Shown here piece by piece: positions 26,474 through 36,899 of a DNA stretch of 64,000 nucleotides. The stretch is from Octopus sinensis. Taxonomy: Eukaryota. Location: positions 47,120,001 through 47,184,000 of the forward strand of contig NC_043006.1 in the NCBI RefSeq assembly GCF_006345805.1. The letters run 5' to 3'. The translations under genes were made by a program, and so were the position numbers. Under the pieces are notes generated by a model, which had not been told where the DNA came from, ran no database searches, and was given only the letters and a program-made list of their open reading frames with translations. Positions within the stretch are counted from its first letter, which is position 1; each line of letters opens with the position of its first letter.

Positions 26474-27040
26474 CGGGGGTACCCAAAAGAAACCGGAATT
26501 TTGCAATATTATTTCATTCATTTAGATTTACATATTTACAAGTTCATCAAATTCAAAGTATTCTCCATTTGAAGCAAAGCATCGGTCCAGACGCGTTTTC
26601 CACATCCGAAAATTCCGTAGCACCATGTTTCGACAACACTGATGACCTTCAAAAACACGTGCGGATCAACTTCCAACCGTTCTTTCAGTTCACGACTTGC
26701 GTTCAATCGTGACTACTCTTGATCTTCCATGAGTAAACGAAGCACAAATTTTTTGCTGCAACACTTTTCATTCGCAATTTCTAGATCAAAATTCGTTGGC
26801 AGCAGCTCCAGGACACACTAGTCATATCAACAAGTTCGTCAGTTGTTCGGCAACAGTTCTCCACGATTAGTTCATAAATTTTCATGATGTTTTCATTCGT
26901 TCGGGAGGTGGACGGTCTCCCTGAATGAGATTGGTCATCAAGCGACAAGTGGCCATTCCTAAACTTAGAAACTTGTATTTTGCTCGTGGCAGGTTCCTTG
27001 TAAGCTGTTTAAGGCATGAGAACTGTTTTGACTGCCGTTT
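26474..27040 (-). mobile_element. Deleted mariner-family element (one terminus plus transposase N-terminal half)
   Basis: Terminus acgggggtacccaaaagaaaccggaatt. Minus strand RNGHLSLDDQSHSGRPSTSRTNENIMKIYELIVEN..RTTDELVDMTSVSWSCCQRIL..KLRMKSVAAK matches the mariner HTH2 region. Confidence 0.75.
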
Positions 27041-27055
27041 ACCGCACGAGCAAAC

Positions 27056-27285
27056 GTAAATAAATGGTACAACGAAGTACCGATATTTACTGGAAAATAG
27101 CATTATCCGTTTCTAGGTTTTTCATTTTTCAGATGTTCTTCCTAGAGGTAAGACAAATTTTTTTCATGTTTGTTGCACACACACACGTCTTTGCTAGTAT
27201 ATACGCAGTGAAGCTATACAATAGCGTCGTATTGCTATTGCTATTTTCCAGTAAATATCGGTACTTCGTTGTACCATTTATTTAC
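27056..27285. mobile_element. 230-bp element with perfect 47-bp terminal inverted repeats (MITE-like)
   Basis: gtaaataaatggtacaacgaagtaccgatatttactggaaaatagca (27056-27102) is the exact reverse complement of 27239-27285. No clear TSD seen. Confidence 0.7.
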
Positions 27286-27300
27286 TTATATATATATATA

Positions 27301-27771
27301 TAATAGAAATATTAAAATAACTAAGTCTCTCTAAAAGAGAACAGCGGCAGCGTTCCCGGAAAATAATAGTTATCGCCATACTAATATGGCATTCTTATAA
27401 AAATAAGAAAAAAGCTGTCCGCTTATTAGCTCCATGAGGCCATCGCCTTAAGTTAGCTATTTGATACACAAACTGTATCCATATAACCTTCGAACAAGGG
27501 AGGTCAGTCGCTCCACACTACTTGACCGGAAGCTACAGACGCGTTTCGGGGTAGTGTGGAGCGACTGACCTCCCTTGTTCGAAGGTTATATGGATACAGT
27601 TTGTGTATCAAATAGCTAACTTAAGGCGATGGCCTCATGGAGCTAATAAGCGGACAGCTTTTTTCTTATTTTTATAAGAATGCCATATTAGTATGGCGAT
27701 AACTATTATTTTCCGGGAACGCTGCCGCTGTTCTCTTTTAGAGAGACTTAGTTATTTTAATATTTCTATTA
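27301..27771. repeat. 221-bp fold-back inverted repeat
   Basis: 27301-27521 is the reverse complement of 27551-27771; the 29-bp spacer is itself the antisense of the unit end. Confidence 0.92.
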
Positions 27772-27849
27772 TTGAAAACAAGTGGATGTATTCCACCGAA
27801 ACTAGGTAAATAAAACCATCGAACAGAGATTGTCGGAAGCGACACCTAC

Positions 27850-27912
27850 TGGCTGGCTACGCTGCATTGAAAAAGGGGCAATACCCCGAAACGCGTCTGT
27901 AGCTGCCGGTCA
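27850..27912 (+). ncRNA. Minimal type I hammerhead ribozyme, U3:A8 core variant (copy 1)
   Basis: GCUGCA-UUGAAAA-A-GGGG caaua CCCC-GAAA-CGCG-UC/UGUAGC. 6-bp stem I extended by 8 bp after an internal loop; palindromic ACGCGU stem III; predicted cleavage after C27897. Confidence 0.7.
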
Positions 27913-28212
27913 AGTTGTGTGGAGCGACTGACCTCCCTTGTTCGAAGGTTATATGGATACAGTTTGTGTATCAAATAGCTAACTTAAGGCGATGGCCTCA
28001 TGGAGCTAATAAGCGGACAGCTTTTTTCTTATTTTTATAAGAATGCCATATTAGTATGGCGATAACTATTATTTTCCGGGAACGCTGCCGCTGTTCTCTT
28101 TTAGAGAGACTTAGTTATTTTAATATTTCTATTATTGAAAACAAGTGGATGTATTCCACCGAAACTAGGTAAATAAAACCATCGAACAGAGATTGTCGGA
28201 AGCGACACCTAC

Positions 28213-28275
28213 TGGCTGGCTACGCTGCATTGAAAAAGGGGCAATACCCCGAAACGCGTCTGTAGCTGCCGGTCA
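28213..28275 (+). ncRNA. Minimal type I hammerhead ribozyme, U3:A8 core variant (copy 2)
   Basis: Identical motif 363 bp downstream; predicted cleavage after C28260. Confidence 0.7.
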
Positions 28276-28449
28276 AGTAGTGTGGAGCGACTGACCTCTC
28301 TTGTTCGAAGGTTATATGGATACAGTTTGTGTATCAAATAGCTAACTTAAGGCGATGGCCTCATGGAGCTAATAAGCGGACAGCTTTTTTCTTATTTTTA
28401 TAAGAATGCCATATTAGTATGGCGATAACTATTATTTTATATATATATA

Positions 28450-28481
<32 letters not shown>

Positions 28482-28844
28482 AAGTAGGTCAGCGTTTTAG
28501 CAATGTGTTTCCAAAAAGGAAAACTATAACTGCCATGAAATATGACGGAAAAGTATTTGAACACCTACAATGCTAGAGATAATAGATAAATCGCTCTAAA
28601 GTTGTAGTCAAAGCGCATAATTGTATACATGCATACTGACAATTAGACAAAGACACACACAGACACAGACACAGACACACATACATACATACATACACAC
28701 ACATACATATATCGTTCGGCCTTCAGTATGTATGCTCGGCTTATAAGGTGCATTTCTGCATTGTATTTATTGTGCGGCAGCATTTCATCACCGACTACAG
28801 AATCATATGTAGCAGATGCCCTCGTCGCGGAGGACATTTAAGTT

Positions 28845-29090
28845 AAGCTAAGTTAATTTTTTGGCTCAAAAAGCAAAAAGGCAAGGCCATGTAGGGGGAC
28901 ATGAAGTTATGTACAGGGAGGGTGTTCATGCAAAGAGTTCAGGCCATTTCCGGTCAATCGAAACTTTGAACCGAGCGGTCGTCGGAATCTTCACTACCTC
29001 GTCCGGCAGCTTATTCAACGGATCCGCAACCCGGACGGAGAAAGCCCCTCTCCTTCGATTGAGATGAAATCGTCGCAGAATTAAAGCCCG
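28845..29090 (-). mobile_element. CR1-group LINE 3' end with tail
   Basis: Minus strand RFHLNRRRGAFSVRVADPLNKLPDEVVKIPTTARFKVSIDRKWPELF*, then a short UTR and aactt-like tail. Confidence 0.75.
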
Positions 29091-29116
29091 TGTTGTTTTT
29101 CTCTGCTATATATGCA

Positions 29117-29161
<45 letters not shown>

Positions 29162-30098
29162 AGAGAGAGAGATAGAAGTGTTTAGTCGAGCAATATATTA
29201 TGAAGCTGCAAATTATTTTAAAGCTAAATCTATTCAGATTGAAATGAAAACTCCTAAAAACTCACGCAAAAAATACATAGTTAGCTAGTCACCATCTTGC
29301 TCTCAAAAAACCATGAATTTCAACAATGATAATATTAATATTTATAAATTCGTTTGGAGTCCAATATAGCGGTTTCCTAAGAAACTGCTAGAAAAGGTGT
29401 TCCCTTTATCTTTCTTGGGAATATTACATCAAAGGCAGGTTCTTTCAACTTTGAAGGGGGATTGATAAAATATCTTAGACATTTGCTTCGATATTAATTG
29501 AAATATTTCCAACTACTAGCTAATGAAAATAGCTTATCTCTCAACTAATTGATTTTCTGTACGCTAAATGATGAGTATATAATGAAGACAGGGTATTTTC
29601 ATTTTCATCGACTCTAAAACATCATTATCAGTAATTAAATTTGATGTCTTTGACTGTATAGCAGAAGTGAGGACATGAATACCATGCATTTGTATATTTC
29701 ATTCGTTTTAATATAATAATATATTACTGCGTAAAGTATACTAGCCATCTCAATATGGTTAACCACTAAGGGTGGGTGTTACTGTAGCTTTTAGCCCCAG
29801 GAGATCATCGTCTCCAGCTGGCTTTAGGCACACTTTCTGTGTCCTTATGATATTTGCAAAGGGAAGTCATCCCTCTCTCGTAAACCTAAGTGGTACGCAC
29901 GGACTGCAGTTTCGAGGTATTTGCCTCTTGTCAACGTACGGTATTACTGGTTCTCCTGCAGTAATACAAAGTAATTAAAAAATCCGTATATTACTATATT
30001 TCGGGATGGTTATCTTTTTCTTACCAAATAAAAACGTGCTCTGTATATTTGTTCTTCACTTACCATTTATTATTGTTCTTATTTTTGTTCTTCGTCAG

Positions 30099-30160
30099 GA
30101 AATCTTCCGTCACAAAATATGTGACCACTTCAGCGATTTTCCATCCGTCGCGTCTTCTTG
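30099..30160 (+). other. Candidate 62-nt internal exon of an unidentified transcript
   Basis: Polypyrimidine tract ttgttcttatttttgttcttcgtcag upstream and GTAAGA donor at 30161. Two reading frames are open, but I recognise no homology. Confidence 0.3.
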
Positions 30161-30706
30161 GTAAGAATAAGCATAACCATGCCCAAATATAACAGTTTAT
30201 GTTTTAACATACGTCCTCACATCAAGTATCTTGCAAACAGATACATGAACGTGAAAATTGTCCATTTTTTATCTTCGATTTCATTCATTGCTTACATCTG
30301 GCATCTCAGTTAGAAATAAAGTCAGCCCTGGCCATAATTTCTTTAGAAAATCTGTAGAAATATGCTTAACAAGAGCTCTGCTAACACAGTAGTACACGGT
30401 GTTAACTTATAAATATGTTTAATATACTTTGTAGTATATTATGCTTGCGTAACGAAATGCCATGTTTCTATAAGTCATTAAAAATAAAGAATTCATAATT
30501 TTTTTACATACTCGGAATGAGGAGTAGAGAGATAGCCAAGAGCAGACAAAGGGTCGTTCTTTATATAACTTGTGCTGTTTTCCATTTGTTTATCTCGTTG
30601 TTTGCCTATTGAACTCATTTGCTTTCGTATTTCATATTGTTTACTGTTTGGTGAGGTCCTGTACCCATATATGCATGCGTATATTTGTGTATATATATAT
30701 ATATAT

Positions 30707-30750
<44 letters not shown>

Positions 30751-30910
30751 TGTGTATATGTGTGTGTGTGTGAGTGTGTGTGTGTACATGTATATATTTA
30801 CAGATATATTTCTATATACAAATATACATATATATATATATTGATTTACAGCTAGCTAGATAGATAGATTACATTTGAGAGAGAGAAAGAGCCAGGCAGA
30901 CAGCCGGACG

Positions 30911-30955
<45 letters not shown>

Positions 30956-31329
30956 ATGGAGAGAGAGAGTGAGAGAGACAGACAGGCCGACAGAGGGAGA
31001 GAGTGTGTGAGAGAGAGACAGAGAGAGAAGGAGTCAGATACATTTATATCATTCGGCGTGAAACCTACCCACCAACCTTCCGTCATGCCTTTGTATTATA
31101 ACACATTTTGATTTTTCGTTTATTTTTCTTGCGATATCTTTGCAAAAGCCAGCCGTAGTCGTTGTGTCTCGTGTTTGTTACCGATTAAAAGGGACACAAA
31201 ATCTGGGTCTCTAAATGAAATGCTTCTCCAAATTATAACAAAAACATTCTCTTGGCATTCTTTTTTCCAACAACACAGACTACCCTCAAAATTTTCACCC
31301 ACTAACCTACTCTTTATCGTTATTATTCT

Positions 31330-31458
31330 TATAATGTGTTGTTGTCATTATTATCATCATCATCATTATTCTTATCATCATCATTACCATCATCATCATC
31401 ATCATTATTATTATTGTTGTTGTTATTATTATTATTGTTGTTGTTGCTGTTATTATTA

Positions 31459-31492
<34 letters not shown>

Positions 31493-31527
31493 CATTATTA
31501 TTATTATTATCATTATTATTATTATTA

Positions 31528-31582
<55 letters not shown>

Positions 31583-31600
31583 CATTATTATTATTGTTAT
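31330..31600. repeat. Compound (CAT)/(TAT)/(TGT) triplet microsatellite
   Basis: Directly visible. Confidence 0.95.
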
Positions 31601-32267
31601 CAGTTGTTTACAGTTTGGTTCCCTAAACCCTTACAACATTACACTTTCATCACTGTGTTGATTTATCAATCTTGATGGGAATATGTTTTCCCACTTATCC
31701 CACGTTCCCCATCTCTTAAATGTGTTTTCCCCTCTTCACTCCAGTTGCCTTCATCATTCACCCTCCCCCGCCTCCTTTGTTCCTATTATTTGTGCCCCTC
31801 CCCTCTGCTTCGCAGCCTCTGCCATTAACCTCGCCTTCTTGCATCTTCTTCCTTTTCGTCATCCCAAAACTTTTGTTTCGGTTATTCATCGCCCACGCAT
31901 TAAAATATAATTGTACGCATGTTCATTTTTTTTTTTTTCACTTTTTCCCGGTAAGCACCCACCACAAGCTACACCACCCAGCAACACAAATACTTGTCAC
32001 CCTCTATTCATCTCCAACTAACGTAATTATCCTTGTCATATTTCACTCTCCTCAACCTTATTGGTACTAAATTCATCTAACATCATCACCGTTATCCAAA
32101 TCACTGCAGATATTAAAAATAAATGATTATGATATATAAACACAAGACAATACAGTAAAGAAGGGAGACCAAGTTAGTAAACTCCACTAGATATAATACG
32201 ATTGCTAGATCTGGAAGGGTGACAGGCAAAACCGGCTAAGGCTATTACGTTAGCCACCAGCCTACAA

Positions 32268-32278
32268 CAACAACAACA

Positions 32279-32337
<59 letters not shown>

Positions 32338-32362
32338 CACTACTACTACTACTACTACTACT
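32268..32362. repeat. (CAA)n(CTA)n microsatellite
   Basis: Directly visible. Confidence 0.95.
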
Positions 32363-32845
32363 CGAATGATAATGAGGAGATGCCGTTCACGGTTGAAAAA
32401 CCTCTCTCTTCTATATTACAAGTTCAACCTTACTGGATGCAAATTCCGTAATTTTCAATCTCAAGATGTGATTTAAAGTGACATTACTAGCAGTGATTTA
32501 CTTACTAATTTATTTTCGGCACCAAATTTTAAGTGCTCATCCGCTATATAAAAAAACACCTTTTACCTGCTTGATGCTAACCCGCTTGATGTCGCTAGAA
32601 TCAAAGAGGAAACATTGAATGATGTGGAAAGAGGCAATAAAAACATCGTGCGTGTTGAAATGTTAAAAGAAAACAATTGACACACCAAGTGTACCGATAC
32701 GTAAATAGACGTACGAGACTAGACACACCTGAGAAGAAAAGATTATGATAGATGTAACAGTAAAGATAAACAGGGGAGACAACGCATCCTGTAGGTTAGA
32801 GTCTGGAGCGTATGAGTGCTGAAAACAGCAATCTTGTTGTTCTTT

Positions 32846-33020
32846 TTACGATGCAGTCCTAAAGAGGAAGCATGTATATAGTCCAGTACCGTCCCAGAGT
32901 GCGAACGGTGTTCCATTATATCCCACTCGAGCCTTGTAGAATATCTGCAGCTTTTTGGGGTGAAACATCTTCTGGTCCTTAAGATAGTGACTATTAATGG
33001 GATATTGTCGTATACTTAGC
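32846..33020 (-). mobile_element. Short decayed LINE (Jockey/I/CR1-group) RT C-terminal fragment
   Basis: KMFHPKKLQIFYKARV..NGTPFALWDGTG resembles YF.P.QLL.LYKAQVRP.MEYCSHLW.GA. Confidence 0.45.
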
Positions 33021-33054
33021 ATATACGTATCATGAGATATGCTGAGTATATGTA

Positions 33055-33575
33055 CCGCAAATCCTCGTGTATAATGCGCATTTTTCTCCCAAAATTTAAA
33101 GGTCAAAATCCCTAGTGCGTACTATATACGAGGTTAAAAATGACAATTATTTTCTAAGCAATGTCTTAGTCTCTATTTGCTGTCCGGCAATGTTTATTCG
33201 GACGCATTTTGTGATGTCGGGCGCGAAGATACCTTAAGCTACACCTGAAAGCAATGAAGTCATAAAAGAATCATCCATAACTTTCAGTAAGCAATATTTA
33301 TTAAACGTCATTACTGCTATTACTGTTATTTCTTTATTTTCTGCAAACAAAATACACAAAAAAGCTACACGTTTGCATTATGTTATATATACAATAATAA
33401 TAAAGAACGTTACCGTATACAGTTTCACAAACAAAGGACCTTATATAGACTTCCTTGACTCAAGTTAGAGAAGGGGTGCGTATTATACACAAGGTTTAGG
33501 TTTTTTAGAGGTACAGCCCCCTAAAAATCCCCTGCGTATTATACTCAAGGGCGGACTATACTCCAGGATTTACGA
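33055..33575. mobile_element. pogo/Tigger-like MITE
   Basis: TA-ccgcaaatcctcgtgtataatgcgc ... gcggactatactccaggatttacga-TA: imperfect ~25-bp TIRs, with internal subterminal repeats of tgcgtattatac. Confidence 0.7.
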
Positions 33576-36049
33576 TATTTGTCTAGCGAAATATTCAGTA
33601 AGGCTGAGACCCAACGTTAGAGTGATTTACAAATGATCGAAGCAATCTGATAAAAAACCGATAGAAATAATGAATACATGAATTAATATAATTGTAAAGT
33701 ACTAAACTATAACTATGGTTAAGAAGAAAAGAGACGGTCACATTATTAATGTTATTAATGTATATTGTAACAATATGAGTATAAGGTAATATATATTAAA
33801 TGAAAGGCTTGGGAAAAGATTGAGAAACGCAAAAAAAAGAGGAAAAAATTATAATAATAATCATAATGAATAAATCGCAAAAAATGGATTAATGTTCGCA
33901 TTTACATGTTTTATCAAAGAATGGCTGAAGTAAGAAATATTGAAAGAAAATAGAAAGGATATGGAAGTTTTTATTAGATACGTATATTGAGATCAATAAG
34001 TAAATGAAAAACAAAAAAGGTATATACAAATAAAAAAGCAAAACATCAGAAATTGTGAGAGAAAAATAAATAAACCTCTATGGACATGGAAAACGTTAAT
34101 TTTAACCAACTAGAGAATGATAGAGAAAGTTTTTTGTCAATAAGAAAAAAGAAGAAAGTCTTAAAAAGTGGTATCAGTGTGACGATAGACTAGTAAAAAG
34201 AGAAAAATAGTATTTTCCCCTTTCAAAATATAATGAGTGTAGCAAAGCTGAAATGCAGAGATAAATAACACAAAATGAATATGACTAAATTACAGTGGAA
34301 CAATGACATTGCAATACCAAGATGAGCAAATCAAAATTAAAGAGAAAAATAAAGGATAGATTTTGTTGGTAAATGAGGCTTCAAAGGCTTGTTTTTTTTT
34401 GTTGTTATATGTAAAGAAATGACGTTAGCCATGTGTTATATGGTAAGAACGCAAGTAATATTATGTAATGTCATGAATATATGGAACACTGTAAACTCTA
34501 ACAAATGAACACAAAGGAAAAGAGCTTTGATGTAGCCATTTAATAATGTACGACTTTAAACACATAGACACACACACATAGTTATCTATATTCAATATAC
34601 AGCAAAACTTTTTTTCTGGTTTACCATAAAAATATACCGCACACACATATACACACAAACAACGCAAATGAGCGAATAGAAATAATTTTGAGTAGTAGCC
34701 TGTGGCATGTAGAGGAACATGGACAAATGTAATTATATCAAACACATTACAACATAAATTCTTGTTTTATTAAAATTTACTCTGTCTCTACCTACTGTGT
34801 CGAAATTACGAAATATTTGCGAAGAGCTACAAATGAGAAAGGTAAATAATCCGGGAGTCAAGAATTCAACTGTCTACCTGCCATAAACTAAATTGAGAGG
34901 CTTGTTTGGAGATAAGTGGATAGTACTGAACACGAGTTTCTGCTACAATAGGCACCATCAGCACGATAACTATCCTAACGTGGCTCCAGTAACTAAGGGA
35001 CATACACATATACGATAAGACTAGGATACAGCTATGCCCTAGGTATTTTACACAAATTAAGCAAATGTGATGTAACAGAAAAAACTCAGTGTCCAGTGGT
35101 ATATACATAAACAAAATAGACCAATACAATTATAATACAATGTCCTATAGTATAAATTCTTGCTTTATAATTTTATCTTCTCTGATGTCGATGTCTCTGA
35201 TGAGATTGTAAGTCTAGCTAATGTTCTGCAGACAAGTCCTCACCTTTGATATAAGAGAAAACTGTTCTACAAGAAGGTATTTCGTATCGTCTTTATTCTC
35301 AATTCTTGCAGATGTTCCATATGCTTAATTTTATACTTCTTTTTTGGCATTACATCAAGTTAACCTCCATTTATTCCGTCCAATGCCGTTTAGTCAAATG
35401 TTTCTGAGAGATTCTGTGTCATTTTATGTTAACCTTTAAGTAGTTTTTGTGCCTCAGCCATGGTTTTCCTGCGCCTCTTCTACTATCATTGAACTGGCTA
35501 TACCTAAGGACTTTATAAGTCATCATAACGATTCTGCCCATATAGTATATCTATGAGATAATTCTACTAAGCTGTTCGTAAATATATCTTTCTCTTGCCC
35601 TGGCGAAAACATGTTTTGGACTGACTAGATAGGCGCAAGTATCTTTTTCTAAGTCAAAAGAAAATGTTAGAATTCATTATGTGACTCCAGGCAGAAGAGA
35701 GAATGAGGATTTCGTAATTTGCTATTTGATAGCAAAGCCAAGCCCTAATCGACGTCTGGCTTCATTATTACTAACGATTCAGAAGAATGATCCCTCTGCC
35801 AACCTCTTTCAGCTGAGAAGCACCTATAAAAAGTGTTGTACTGAGTTCAGAAATCTCAATGTTATATTTATGTAGAGCATATTGAGGTTACAGGTCTGAG
35901 TCGTTATCTTGGAGGACATTCTATGAGCTAAGGTTCAATATTCCTTATTAGACTTTATGTTACATTTTTGACTACGGTACCAAATGTCCAGAGAGCTGTA
36001 GATGGGCAAGTAATATGTAGGACCCTTTTTAACGACCCTCTTCCTTTGC

Positions 36050-36650
36050 ATAGGGAAATCAGTGATGTATTTAAATAGATCTACTTTGGCAGTAAGAGAG
36101 AAAACAGGCAGAACGTTTGCTCAACGTTAAGTGCATGAAAGGCCAATAGTGAATACTCGCCACTTTATGGAGCTTCACTTGGAGGCTGCTATAAACATCA
36201 TTTACCTGTTCATACCGCTTTGGCCCTCTCGCCAGGCAGTATGTGAACATGAGTTTGGTAGAATGGAGAGTAACGGCAGACATGCGGAACTTATGACTGT
36301 TAAGTTACCCACAGGAAGGTTATGTCTTCAGGGGTGACACCTGTGTAGGGCCAGGTACAGTTTCCGGAATTTGTGTGTTACTAGAAATGTTGTCAAACAA
36401 TCAATGAAACACGTATATCAAACTTAACTTATCCGATGTATGTAGCCTTCAGCACTACTGAGAGTCCCACCTGATGATTAAAATCGCAACATATTTTGCA
36501 ACCTAATGTTCCTTCAACAGATCTCCAGCTAGCTCTAAATGTTTTAATTTGACATAAATATAAAAAATCCAAGGTGAACGCAAATTTACCAGAGTCCTAA
36601 TATGGCCTAGGAGGCTGAAACATCGATGTCGCTGTCAATAAAACTATTCA
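36050..36650 (+). mobile_element. Highly decayed PLE 3' end (GIY-YIG remnant plus pseudo-LTR with inactivated hammerhead)
   Basis: gaaacaggcagaacgtttgctcaacgt = ETGRTFAQR (cf. YIGETGR..R.EH). At 36597-36636, ctaatat-GGCCtagg aGGCt-GAAAC-ATCGAT-GTC is followed by aataaa. Confidence 0.45.
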
Positions 36651-36899
36651 TATTAAAGATGTATGTATGTACCTATCTACCTGTCTGTCTGTCTGTCTTT
36701 GTGTCTGCCTGCTCTGTCTACCCACTTACCTGCCTACCTACCTACCTACCTACCTACCTACCTACCTACCTACATACCTACATGGCAACTTGTCTACCTA
36801 CATGCCTGTCTACATACCTGTCTGCCTACCATCATGTTTGTTTGTTCGTCTTCCTCTCTCTCTCTCTCTCTGTCTATATATATATATATATATATATAA

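Larger units (their letters stand above)
27551..28438 (+). repeat. Head-to-tail array of a 363-bp unit (2 full + 1 partial), retrozyme/PLE pseudo-LTR-like
   Basis: Units start at 27551, 27914 and 28277 (g(t)agtgtggagcgactgacc). Only isolated substitutions between copies; (TA)n on both sides of the whole structure. Confidence 0.92.

Noticed and set aside
27551-28438. Possible CRISPR-like array
   Set aside because: Whole 363-bp units repeat with no unique spacers, in a eukaryotic context with no cas genes.
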